64,000 bases of DNA from Macrostomum lignano (Eukaryota). Below are positions 1 to 11,260 of the stretch, piece by piece. Under the pieces are notes generated by a model. The model worked only from the letters and a program-made list of their open reading frames with translations. It had not been told where the DNA came from and did not search any database. The DNA lies in contig NIVC01000032.1 of NCBI GenBank assembly GCA_002269645.1, positions 62,001-126,000 on the forward strand, in the 5' to 3' direction. Numbering within the stretch: the first letter of the stretch is position 1; each line of letters opens with the position of its first letter. Made by a program: the position numbers and the translations under genes.

Positions 1-168
1 ATTGCCAATCAGACATGCTGCATAGCGACTGTGCATGATTGCCAATCAGACATGCTGCATAGCGACTGTGGCATGATTGCCAATCAGACATGCTGCATAG
101 CGACTGCGTCGTGATTGCCAATCAGACATGCTGCATAGCAACTGCGGTATGATTGCCAATCAGACATG
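1..168. repeat. Tail of a 38-bp satellite array (continues upstream of the window)
   Basis: Unit CATGCTGCATAGCGACTGYGGCATGATTGCCAATCAGA. It ends in CAGACATGACAGCAGCTGATTGA, the same exit sequence that follows this repeat near 21165, 27375, 46930 and 58160. Confidence 0.95.
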
Positions 169-190
169 ACAGCAGCTGATTGATCGAATT

Positions 191-285
191 GCTCACAGAA
201 TTCATGCCTGCTGCTCTCAGTGACGAGAGAGCTCACAGAATTCATGCCTGCTGCTCTCAGTGACCAGAGAGCTCACAGAATTCAT
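191..285. repeat. 40-bp tandem repeat, about 2.4 copies
   Basis: GCTCACAGAATTCATGCCTGCTGCTCTCAGTGAC(G/C)AGAGA starting at 191, 231 and 271. Confidence 0.9.
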
Positions 286-384
286 TCCAAGCAAAAGCAA
301 AAAGCAAAAGCAAGTAAGCAAAAGACAAAATCTTGTTCTTATTGAGTGATGCAGAATGGAGAACTGAAGCTGAACGAGAAAAAT

Positions 385-971
385 GGCACCGAGGACTGGC
401 AGGAGGGGCGGCACTGAGGACTGGGAGGAGAGGCGGCACTGAGGACTGGCAGGAGGGGGGCGGCACTGAGGACTGGGAGGAGGGGGCGGCACTGAGGACT
501 GGGAGGAGGGGCGGCACTGAGGACTGGAAGGAGGGGCGGCACTGAGGACTGGGAGGAGGGGCGGCACTGAGGACTGGGAGGAGGGGCGGCACTGAGGACT
601 GGGAGGAGGGGCGGCACTGAGGACTGGGAGGAGGGGCGGCACTGAGGACTGGGAGGAGGGGCGGCACTGAGGACTGGGAGGAGGGGCGGCACTGAGGACT
701 GGGAGGAGGGGCGGCACTGAGGACTGGGAGGAGGAGGGGCGGCACTGAGGACTGGGAGGAGGAGGGGCGGCACTGAGGACTGGGAGGAGGGGAGGCACTG
801 AGGACTGGGAGGAGGGGCGGCACTGAGGACTGGGAGGAGGGGCGGCACTGAGGACTGGGAGGAGGGGCGGCACTGAGGACTGGGAGGAGGGGCGGCACTG
901 AGGACTGGGAGGAGGGGAGGCACTGAGGACTGGGAGGAGGGGGAGGCACTGAGGACTGGGAGGAGGGGGCG
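385..971. repeat. 25-bp G-rich minisatellite, about 23 copies
   Basis: Unit ACTGAGGACTGGGAGGAGGGGCGGC (period 25, e.g. 541 and 591). It explains the low-complexity ORFs at 217-1034. Confidence 0.95.
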
Positions 972-3341
972 GCTCACCCCCAGCTCACAAGTGCTGCAAA
1001 TTTGACTGTGAGAACATTCAATCCGGCTGAGCAACTCAACAATTCAAAATGCTCGCTTCTGCTCTGCTCAGTGCAGATTCGGTCAATGTTTACTGAAGTT
1101 TCTGCAAAAATATAAATTACTGCTGTCATAGTTTGAATTTGTCTGAACTCAGCCAATTTATTATTTGGTAAGTTTGCCAAAAGTTTTGAACTTCCGGCAA
1201 GACAGACAGGATGCAAAGAACACAAATTAATGGTATGAAAGTGCAACTCATCTCTGAATCATCTGTCATATTCATTCCCAGCTGTGTACCCCATGCGTGG
1301 GTCATTGTGCATTCTGACAGCCTGACATTCACTATCATTTGGGGCATTGAAATTCAATTAACAAATTCTCATCAGCTGTTGCTGTGAAGAATTCGCACCT
1401 GGTAGGTGATTTGATTCGCTTGGCTGTCTACTTTCTCTCTCTACTTCTCTGCCTACCATCTGACCCTGAGCACACGTTGGTGGTGAGTTCTCGCCACCGA
1501 TTTCCAGCTCACTAAACTGTGAGTCACTTTTGTGTGCGACTGCAGTCTCAGTGCTGAGTTGCCTCTGTGACTGACAGTTGGGGCCTGGATCCACTTGAGA
1601 CAGCTGGTTTCTTAGAAATTATTTGAAGGCCTGCCTTGTGTAAAAATATGCATATGAAAAATGCAGCCACATATAGCTTTGCATGCGACTGCAGAATCAA
1701 ATGCTTGTGTTGAATGTGGCTTGCTGTTTTTGTAGTGAAATTAAACCCAATTAAATTTGTACACCATTAAATCATGAAGCTGTTAATAAATGACAGATAA
1801 ACACAAAAGCAGTTTATTTGCTTCTATAAAAAGATTTTGATGACCATAAAATCAATAGTTCTCTTCCGCTCTTCATTTTTCGCTCATAGCCAGCCTTCAA
1901 ATATTTTCTAGGAAACACACGCAATGATTTCCCGTCCATATACTGTACTTTGGTCGTCCTTGGTCCCACTGCAAGTCTGCAGTGACAAATTCCAGTCAGT
2001 AGGTGAACTCAGGTGAGTCTGGCATGCAGCAAACAGCATGCAGAATTCAAGTCGAGAAATGCGATTTGCACACCAAGACTGCATCTTGATGAAGTTAACG
2101 CAAGAGTGGTCTGTGCTGCCTGTGCTCAAATTGCTGCTCAAACTGCTGCTGCAGGTGGTAGCGAGATTCGATCGTTCAGGACCTCTGGCCCTGTGGATGG
2201 TAGTTGGGTTCGTGCTCGGGACCTCTGGCCCTGTTGTATGACTCTGTGCCTTTGAGGGCGCGGCTCTCATGGGTGCAATTTACAGTGCTCTCAAAAAAAT
2301 TAATTACAGGTAGGAATCGAACCCAGGTGCCAGTTTCATGCTTTCATGAGTGACCAGTTTGATGTCTTCCAGCCACTCAAAAATCCTCGAGTGCTCTAGT
2401 GTGCTCAGAAAATGCTCTGAGCAAATGCGGGATGTCTGTGCAAGTGCGCTCACAAGGTTTAGAAATCCGACCTCAACCTTTCAGTCATGTGTCTAACGCT
2501 CTAACCACTAGGCTGCAACCCCAGTAGTCCTGCAAATATTCGAAGTTCCCTTATTGATTTCGTGCTAAAGGCACGGCAGTATTCCGATCTCTATTGATCT
2601 CATCGGAGGTACGGCTGAAATATTAGACCAGAGAGGCTCATAAAATGCTCAAGGTCTCAGACTCGAACCCTCGACCTTTACCTTCTCGAACTTTACCTCC
2701 ACCACTTCTTCCACAGCTTAGTCAGCACCTGTGGAGCTCCGCGTTCATCTTTGACTCCAGCAAGGTGTAGCGGCCGTTCGATGCACGATCTCGCTGCACC
2801 CCGGCCGCCGTGGTGCTCGCGTACACCTGGGCGGGCAGACTGCTGGTTTACGGGGATCGCGGTGGTGTTCACGAGGATCTCCAGTTCTTCACGGAGATCT
2901 CGGGGTGTCACCGAATTGGGGGCACATGTAAGCATGTATGGCCACACCTGTGCTCAGCTGGGATCAGGGATTGCAGAAATTCCAGAGACGCAGGTGAGGC
3001 AGGCTGAGCAGTCAAATAATTAGAAGGTCCGGAGTTCGATACAACTCAGCTCACAGAGCGTGATCAGGTTGCGTAGAGCCAACACTTTGAGTTTGTGCTC
3101 AAATTTAAGATAAGCAGCTGCACAGAGCTTTGAGTCTGTGCGGTCGAATCACCTTTATCTGTGTGCAGTGCGGCTTTGCTGGCTGTCTGACTGTCCCGCA
3201 GTTTGGTAACCATGGCAACTGCTGATAGCACCGCTGCTGGGCTCAGTATGAATTGTATTAGCAACTGTGGCTCTGTTGAGACCCCAACTTAGAGATTGCA
3301 GCAGCCCAGCGCTTCACCCTGACTTTGCGCAGTTTTAGAAG

Positions 3342-3681
3342 GTGAGCTGGTTGTTAAAATCTGAATTATGTTCTTCTTTATTCCAAATCTCACCATTTCT
3401 GAGCAGGACATTTTTGATTATTTGTTCCTTCATGGGCCTTGTCTCCGACCTGACCTGAGTCTCCCACCTGATCTGATTCTCCCACCTGACCTGATTCTCC
3501 CACCTGACCTGAGTCTCCCACCTGATCTGAGTCTCCCACCTGACCTGAGTCTCCCACCCGACCTGAGTCTCCCACCTGACCTGAGTCTCCCACCTGACCT
3601 GAGTCTCCCACCTGACCTGAGTCTCCCACCTGACCTGAGTCTCCCACCTGACCTGAGTCTCCCACCCTGTCAGTTATTCAG
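3342..3681 (+). other. Putative 5'-UTR intron of copy 1
   Basis: Donor GAAG|GTGAGC at 3342 and acceptor TTATTCAG| at 3681, 13 nt before the ATG. Both sites are conserved in copy 3 (30999, 31335). Confidence 0.6.
3449..3667. repeat. 18-bp minisatellite (CCTGACCTGAGTCTCCCA)n
   Basis: About 12 tandem units. It produces the spurious PPDLSL N-terminal extension in the ORF track. Confidence 0.95.
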
Positions 3682-3694
3682 ATCGCCACTCAAG

Positions 3695-5398
3695 ATGAGC
3701 CGCAAAAGCTCCAGCGACAGCTCGAGTTCGGACGCGCCTCCCGCTTCCCCAACTCCTCTCTGCATCATCTGCGACCAAGCTGCAGTCGGTGTGGCTCCGT
3801 TCTCCCGCTGCCACATGTGCAGTCAACACCTCAGTGTCGATGTGGCCAATCTATTCAAGCTCAAGGAGGAGGTCGAAGAGCTGCTGCGTGCCTACTCACA
3901 AGAGTCACAAGAGTCACAAGAGTCACAAGAGTCACAAGAGTCACAAGAGTCACAAGAGTCACAAGACTCACAAGAGTCACAAGACGCAGCAGGTGCAGCT
4001 GGCCGTGCAGCTCAGCTGCGACCAAGACAAGACGCTGAGTCGCTGCGTCGTCTCGCTCTCGACATCCAACAGCAGCTGCAAGAGGTCAATCACAAATTCG
4101 ATTTGGTACAGCAACACATCGACTCGTTTCGTAGCAGGGTGACGGGCCCGCTCTCAGGTGTGCTTGAGGCAGTGCGTGTGTGCGAGCGGGACCTCGAGGA
4201 CGTCTCCAGCTACAAGCAGGAGGTGGCCACGGCGGAGGCTGCAGGCGACATGGCGGAGCTGCTTCGCCTGGTGCAGTCCATGCACGAATCGCTTGGAGAC
4301 TTGGAGGCCGACTTTGAGAGGTCAGAGCGCCTGCTCAGAGACCAGAGCGACAATGAGGAGCTGCAGCTGCGGCTTCTGGGCCAGCTCGAGCGGCTGGTCG
4401 GCATTTGTGCGGGACGCAGTGAAGAGGGCGACTGGTCGAGAGACGCTGCGGTGACCGCGACATCCGAGGAGATAGACGCTGCTGAGAGAGAGAGAATGTT
4501 AGAGCCGATGGTCTTCAGTCACGAGGTGAAGCTGAATGGTCCTGTTACATGGCTGGCTGTGTGCAGCGACACCAGCGGATTCGTTGGTGACCGCTCAGGC
4601 CGTGTGGTTCGCATCGACTCAGCGGGAGACGGCAGCGAGGCTCTGCCTCAGCCCTACATCCTGGCATCATACTTTTCCGACAGAGACCACCTACTGGTGC
4701 TGTCTGTGGATGGCTCAAAGAAGCTGCGGTGCCACTGCGACATCGACTGGAAGATTTTCATCCGTGGCCTTCACTGCGACCGTCAGCTGCTGTTCATTGC
4801 TCAGCGTGACGCAGTGACAGTGACGGACCTAAGCGGTCGCGCGGTGCGTCGAGTCCGCCCACGCAACGAGGGCTTCGGTGACATCAGGGGAATCGGCGGC
4901 AACGCAGCCTCCGTGTTTGTGTCCAGTGGAAACAAAATTGCTGCATTCAGCAAAGCGACTTGGCAGATGGAGACGGTCATTACGCTGTCTCAGCTTCCTC
5001 ATGCTGATCTGCTTAACATGGTGACTCACAACAACTGCATTCTGGTGACGGACTGGGAGCACAAGCAGGTGCACAGAGTGCGCATCGACACCCAGCAGCT
5101 GGTCGCCTCCTTCCCGACTCAGCGTTCCGGCCTCCAACAGTTTTCTCTTCCATATGATGTGGCCGTCGACAGCAGAGGCCGCCTGTTCGTGAGTGAATGG
5201 TTGGGTCACTCAGTGCGTGCTGTGGCTGCAGACGACGGGTCGCTGCTGTGGACTCTGGGGACTCCGGGCGAGAGCGGCAGCGGAGACGACAGATTCAGGC
5301 ATCCATGCTGTCTGGCGGTGGTGACTGGAGGTCCGCGCGAGCAGCTGGTGGTGGCTGACTTGTACAACATGAGACTGCAGGTGTTCAGTGCACCCTAA
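3695..5398 (+). CDS. RING-less TRIM-NHL-like protein, copy 1 (intact): Cys/His motif, (SQE)n, coiled coil, NHL propeller
   Basis: The ATG lines up with the starts of copies 2, 4, 5 and 6. C-x2-C-x12-C-x2-C-x2-H motif, a long helical region rich in L/E/R/Q, and NHL signatures PYDVAVDSRGRLFVSE and FRHPCCLAV...VADLYNMRLQVF. Stop TAA at 5396-5398. Confidence 0.88.
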   Translation: MSRKSSSDSSSSDAPPASPTPLCIICDQAAVGVAPFSRCHMCSQHLSVDVANLFKLKEEVEELLRAYSQESQESQESQESQESQESQESQDSQESQDAAGAAGRAAQLRPRQDAESLRRLALDIQQQLQEVNHKFDLVQQHIDSFRSRVTGPLSGVLEAVRVCERDLEDVSSYKQEVATAEAAGDMAELLRLVQSMHESLGDLEADFERSERLLRDQSDNEELQLRLLGQLERLVGICAGRSEEGDWSRDAAVTATSEEIDAAERERMLEPMVFSHEVKLNGPVTWLAVCSDTSGFVGDRSGRVVRIDSAGDGSEALPQPYILASYFSDRDHLLVLSVDGSKKLRCHCDIDWKIFIRGLHCDRQLLFIAQRDAVTVTDLSGRAVRRVRPRNEGFGDIRGIGGNAASVFVSSGNKIAAFSKATWQMETVITLSQLPHADLLNMVTHNNCILVTDWEHKQVHRVRIDTQQLVASFPTQRSGLQQFSLPYDVAVDSRGRLFVSEWLGHSVRAVAADDGSLLWTLGTPGESGSGDDRFRHPCCLAVVTGGPREQLVVADLYNMRLQVFSAP

Positions 5399-6648
5399 TT
5401 GTATTCACTGGGTGAATAATACTCGAACTGTGGGGTTTCTAATTTAATTTCAGCAAAGCTCCAAAAACCCAATTTTGTGCCTGTGAATCATTTTTGGAAA
5501 TCCCAATCACCCTGTGCTCAGTGAAACTCCAGCTTTTGACACTCAAACTGCTCATTCATTTTTATCAGTCGCTCGCTTTTGCAGTTTTCTTCAAACCGCC
5601 CCCTTAGCTTGCACTCAGACTTTATTGATACAATTATGCAAAGCAACTTTGATGCTTTATCATTTTTTCTTGGATATTAATGCAGCCTCTACGCGTCATC
5701 TTTTCTGTGTCAGAACTGATGTCAAATCTGATGTGATTTCTCTTTTAACTGCCTCACCCGAATTCATAATGCTATCCAGCTGAGTGCATTGCCAGCCAAT
5801 GAAACTGCTCAAAAAAGCAGAAGCTGAAGATGCGATCCCAGTCTCACCTAATAGGAAGTAGGAAGCAGCAAGGTGCAGTGGAAATCTCAAATGCGAAAGA
5901 CTGAAAAATTCTGTAAAACCGCAGGTTAAACCAGTCGGGAATCTCCGCCCTCCCTCCCTCGCACGTGCACTAGACTTTCTCCGACCTGAGCAGACAGTCT
6001 CAGCCGAACTACTCAGAGTGAGCAGATTAACCCAGCTGATCCTAGCAAAGCACTCCCTCTCCTCCACACACCGGATCGAACCGCTGGTTCGCTCTGACAG
6101 CAGAACCTCAGAGCGAGCACAAAATATTCGGAAACTCCTGACTTGGTGTGGCTGACCTTGCACTGTACTCTCTGCTGTAAGCCAGCATCACTGATTGACA
6201 CCATCAAATACATCTGCATCATCAGGAAAATTCAGTTAAATTGTCGGCTCAGTTACTTTGGCTCCGCCACTTGGAGTAGAAGTCACAGACAGCCACTGTA
6301 GTGAGAGTCACTGACTTGAGAGACTTGAGAGCCAAGATATTGAAATATTTCCCTCGCTGCAGACTCAGCGCTCGCTTTTGAGTTCCAATTTCCTCAATGG
6401 GTCACTGCTTTGTGTTCTATATGCATGGGCACTGGTGCTTTTAGCAGGGAAACTATTGTTAAAATATGAGTGCTTTGTAAAGTAGAAATTGATGGCACAA
6501 CACAACTGAATGTTACATAACAAAACAATTCTCATGTACGTTAGTTGGTCATCCCATCCGTTAAATTTTATTTTAAAGCAGCGAAATCCCAGAATGTCTT
6601 GGGTTCAAAGTCTCACAGGTTTTTTGGTACCACGTGACACCTGCTAGA

Positions 6649-6821
6649 GACTGGGTTTCATTGTGACTGGTAATCATGGTGGGTTTCACTGTGACTGGGT
6701 TTCACTGTGACTGGGTTTCACTGTGACTGGGTTTCACTGTGACTGGGTTTCACTGTGACTGGGTTTCACTGTGACTGCAGGCTTTCACTGTGACTGGCTT
6801 TCACAGTGACTGGGTTTCACA
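6649..6821. repeat. 16-bp minisatellite (GTGACTGGGTTTCAC[T/A])n
   Basis: About 10 units. Homologous arrays occur at 26330-26876 and 34549-34744. Confidence 0.9.
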
Positions 6822-6867
6822 ACGAACAACGTGCGGCTCTGACCTGTTCTGGCATCGCCAAACCAAC

Positions 6868-6945
6868 AAATGACGTCACCTGCCTTGCAGCGCTGTGATT
6901 GGCTAGAAAAATTGGGAGGGGTTGCGCAACAACAAGTCGCGTGAT
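6868..6945. promoter_or_regulatory. Conserved CRE + CCAAT motif module
   Basis: TGACGTCA at 6871-6878 and ATTGG at 6898-6902, with the same spacing in three other units. Function is inferred from motifs only. Confidence 0.4.
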
Positions 6946-7200
6946 AACTGATGGCAGCAGCTTACCGAGTCGGATCAAAATGCTGATTCAGAAAAAAAGC
7001 GAGTTTGAGGATGGGCGAAAAGGATTGGATGGGTGTAGGTTGAGTCATCGATGATTAATCGGGTAAAAAGGGACTTGCGATCCCAAAGTCGGGACCATGC
7101 AGGGTCTCGCGTACAATTGGGGACTCTTTAACATTGAAAATTCGTGAATGACTGCAAAAAACCTGTGCTGCATCAGAAGCTGAGAGGCTTTAACTGACGT

Positions 7201-9370
7201 CATGCTGCATAGCGACTGCGGCATGATTGCCAATCAGACATGCTGCATAGCGACTGTGGCATGATTGCCAATCAGACATGCTGCATAGCGACTGCGGCAT
7301 GATTGCCAATCAGACATGCTGCATAGCGACTGCGGCATGATTGCCAATCAGACATGCTGCATAGCGACTGTGGCATGGTTGCCAATCACACATGCTGCAT
7401 AGCGACTGCGGCATGATTGCCAATCAGACATGCTGCATAGCGACTGCGGCATGATTGCCAATCAGACATGCTGCATAGCGACTGTGGCATGATTGCCAAT
7501 CAGACATGCTGCATAGCGACTGCGGCATGATTGCCAATCAGACATGCTGCATAGCGACTGTGGCATGATTGCCAATCAGACATGCTGCATAGCGACTGTG
7601 GCATGATTGCCAATCAGTCATGCTGCATAGCGACTGCGGCATGATTGCCAATCAGACATGCTGCATAGCAACTGTGGCATGATTGCCAATCAGACATGCT
7701 GCATAGCGACTGCGGCATGATTGCCTATCAGACATGCTGCATAGCGACTGTGGCATGATTGCCAATCACACATGCTGCATAGCGACTGTGGCATGATTGC
7801 CAATCACACATGCTGCATAGCGACTGCGGCATGATTGCCAATCAGACATGCTGCATAGCGACTGTGGCATGATTGCCAATCAGACATGCTGCATAGCGAC
7901 TGCGGCATGATTGCCAATCAGACATGCTGCATAGCGACTGCGGCATGATTGCCAATCAGACATGCTGCATAGCGACTGTGGCATGATTGCCAATCAGACA
8001 TGCTGCATAGCGACTGTGGCATGGTTGCCAATCACACATGCTGCATAGCGACTGCGGCATGATTGCCAATCAGACATGCTGCATAGCGACTGCGGCATGA
8101 TTGCCAATCAGACATGCTGCATAGCGACTGTGGCATGATTGCCAATCAGACATGCTGCATAGCGACTGCGGCATGATTGCCAATCAGACATGCTGCATAG
8201 CGACTGTGGCATGATTGCCAATCAGACATGCTGCATAGCGACTGTGGCATGATTGCCAATCAGTCATGCTGCATAGCGACTGCGGCATGATTGCCAATCA
8301 GACATGCTGCATAGCAACTGTGGCATGATTGCCAATCAGACATGCTGCATAGCGACTGCGGCATGATTGCCAATCAGACATGCTGCATAGCGACTGTGGC
8401 ATGATTGCCAATCACACATGCTGCATAGCGACTGTGGCATGATTGCCAATCACACATGCTGCATAGCGACTGTGGCATGATTGCCAATCACACATGCTGC
8501 ATAGCGACTGTGGCATGATTGCCAATCACACATGCTGCATAGCGACTGCGGCATGATTGCCAATCACACATGCTGCATAGCGACTGTGGCATGATTGCCA
8601 ATCAGACATGCTGCATAGCGACTGCGGCATGATTGCCAATCACACATGCTGCATAGCGACTGTGGCATGATTGCCAATCACACATGCTGCATAGCGACTG
8701 TGGCATGATTGCCAATCACACATGCTGCATAGCGACTGCGGCATGATTGCCAATCAGACATGCTGCATAGCGACTGCGGCATGATTGCCAATCAGACATG
8801 CTGCATAGCGACTGCGGCATGATTACCAATCAGACATGCTGCATAGCGACTGCGGCATGATTGCCAATCAGACATGCTGCATAGCGACTGTGGCATGATT
8901 GCCAATCAGACATGCTGCATAGCGACTGTGGCATGATTGCCAATCACACATGCTGCATAGCGACTGTGGCATGATTGCCAATCAGACATGCTGCATAGCG
9001 ACTGTGGCATGATTGCCAATCAGACATGCTGCATAGCGACTGTGGCATGATTGCCAATCAGACATGCTGCATAGCGACTGTGGCATGATTGCCAATCAGA
9101 CATGCTGCATAGCGACTGTGGCATGATTGCCAATCAGACATGCTGCATAGCGACTGTGGCATGATTGCCAATCAGACATGCTGCATAGCGACTGCGGCAT
9201 GATTGCCAATCAGACATGCTGCATAGCGACTGTGGCATGATTGCCAATCAGACATGCTGCATAGCGACTGCGGCATGATTGCCAATCAGACATGCTGCAT
9301 AGCGACTGCGGCATGATTGCCAATCACACATGCTGCATAGCGACTGCGGCATGATTGCCAATCAGACATG
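7201..9370. repeat. 38-bp satellite array, about 57 monomers
   Basis: Continuous tandem array of the 38-bp unit with an internal 646-bp (17-mer) higher-order duplication. Confidence 0.97.
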
Positions 9371-10376
9371 CCTCTCTGGCGGCATTTCTCGGGTTGTGCG
9401 CAATCCAATTGGCCTAGCACTCGCTAGCCCAATCCAAATTGAGTCCTCACCGGAGGTGATGTACGAGGTACTCATCTAAAAATAACCCTATTTTTCTTTC
9501 CAATTATTTCGGCCCTCGGCCTTGGTTAGGGGGGTGTACCTGGAGTGAGTTGGAATTCTGGACTGCAGTGTGGCTAGAACAGGACTTGAGCCCCCCGGTC
9601 GCACCCGCCCTGCAGGAAAGACGACCATTCACAAAAGTGTACGGTAGAGCCCATTTGATGCCAGCCCTGAGGCTGAGCCCCGGGTTTAGGGTTCAGGTGC
9701 TCCTCCCTTTAAATCTCCCAGGGCGCCTTCCAAAAATTGGATTTTTGAGCTCTGGCCTTGTCTGGTCCATCTTGCTCCTCCTTTGGGTCCATCCGCTGTC
9801 TCCTCTGGCTGTCTCCCTGCTTTTGTGTCTCGGCTCTCATCCTGACAGTGGACTGGAGTCCTGGGGAATAAGTTCGTCCCGAATCGGGGAATACCGGCTG
9901 AGTCCGACCCCTTGGCCTTGACCCCAAAGTAGAGCTGGGTAGTGAAAAAGCCTTGAGGCTGGCAGCCCTATAGGAGGTTTTACAGTGGCCTACCTGACAG
10001 GAGGCTCGCCCTTGGTTAATAAGCTGCCCAGACTCGCTCCAAAATTAAGCTATTTCCGTAGACTTCCCGCTCTCAGACCGCTTTCAATAATTTTCCAATC
10101 TTTTTTCGCGCACTCCCGGGATTTGTCTGCTGGGTGGTGGCTTGGGTGGACTCGGTCTTAGCACCGTCCCTGATTCCACTTTGGGTTGGCGGTGTCTCAG
10201 TCCATAGGTTTGGGTTAGCAGCCCAATAGTTTACCAGGCCTTGAGACCTGGTACCAATCGTGGCCTCTCGGGCTATATGCCCCTTATAGTATGGCCCACA
10301 GTTAGATCCAGCGGCAGAGCCCTACTTGGGCTGATCCGCGGGGGCACCTGGCTTCCCACCCTCGTTTAACAACAAC

Positions 10377-10765
10377 AATCCACTGCTTATCCTTTTCTGC
10401 AATCCACTGCTTATCCTTTTCTGTAATCCACTGCTTATCCTTTTCTGCAATCCACTGCTTATCCTTTTCTGCAATCCACTGCTTATCCTTTTCTGCAATC
10501 CACTGCTTATCCTTTTCTGCAATCCACTGCTTATCCTTTTCTGTAATCCACTGCTAATCCTTTTCTGCAATCCACTGCTTATCCTTTTCTGCAATCCACT
10601 GCTAATCCTTTTCTGTAATCCACAGCTTATCCTTTTCTGCAATCAACTGCTAATCCTTTTCTGCAATCCACTGCTTATCCTTTTCTGCAATCCACTGCTT
10701 ATCCTTTTCTGCAATCCACTGCTTATCCTTTTCTGCAATCCACTGCTTATCCTTATCTGTAATCC
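10377..10765. repeat. 24-bp minisatellite (AATCCACTGCTTATCCTTTTCTGC)n
   Basis: About 16 units; source of the LQKRISSG ORF on the minus strand. Confidence 0.95.
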
Positions 10766-11260
10766 GTTGCTAGATTGTTCTGAAGTGCCAGAAATATGGC
10801 AAACTCAACAGGCTTGCAGCACACCGAAATGATGTCCTTGCAGCCACTTTGGAACGTGCGGTTGGCATTTTGATGCAGTGAGTTCGAATGAACCCGGAGA
10901 TTCTCTCTGAGTTATGCATCCGCTCCAATATACAGTTCACTTCTTCCTCCGAGTGAGTCACCTTTCAAACTTCCTTTGTTCATCAATAACGAGTAGACAA
11001 CAATATCGTTTGATAACGAGCTGAGATCGCAAAGTGAAACTACTCTTGTACCTTGGCATCTCTTGGGTTGGAGTTCACAGAATTTTAAATTTGACTCAGC
11101 TCATCCTCAAGAGTCCTGCAGGGTTGCTTCGGCCACCTCACAGCAGCTCGGTGCTCACCTAAACTTCGTCAGAGTCCTCGTCGCCTTTTTCGTTAAGAGC
11201 GCCATGTCGAGATTAAAAGTCTGGAACCACAGTTAGACCATAGACTGTACGTTCTCTTTA

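Larger units (their letters stand above)
1040..7250 (+). repeat. Segmental duplication unit around copy 1, paralogous to about 28400-36250 (copy 3 unit)
   Basis: Collinear shared blocks upstream (about 1050/28430, 2030/29140, 3020-3340/30660-31000) and downstream (5450-7200 vs 33340-35935) of the two genes. Boundaries are approximate. Confidence 0.85.

Noticed and set aside
217-1034. Long Pro/Ser-rich ORFs on the minus strand
   Set aside because: Translations of the stop-free 25-bp minisatellite. The same applies to the ORFs at 10322, 17421, 27484-28327, 30255-30661 and 60202-60826.
2300-2690. tRNA genes (A-box-like AGCCTAGTGGTTAGAGC and B-box-like GGTTCGA on the minus strand; similar at about 28270, 29455 and 47595)
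   Set aside because: The boxes are separated or degenerate and I could not build a cloverleaf. At most these are SINE-like relics.
3202-3341. Upstream coding exon spliced in frame to the main CDS
   Set aside because: The ATG at 3212 is out of frame after splicing in copy 1, and the equivalent frame in copy 3 contains TGA and TAG stops.
3368-3694. N-terminal (PPDLSL)n extension of copy 1 in the ORF track (also 31055-31348 for copy 3)
   Set aside because: It lies in a putative GT-AG intron made of an 18-bp minisatellite. The other four copies start at the downstream MSxx ATG.
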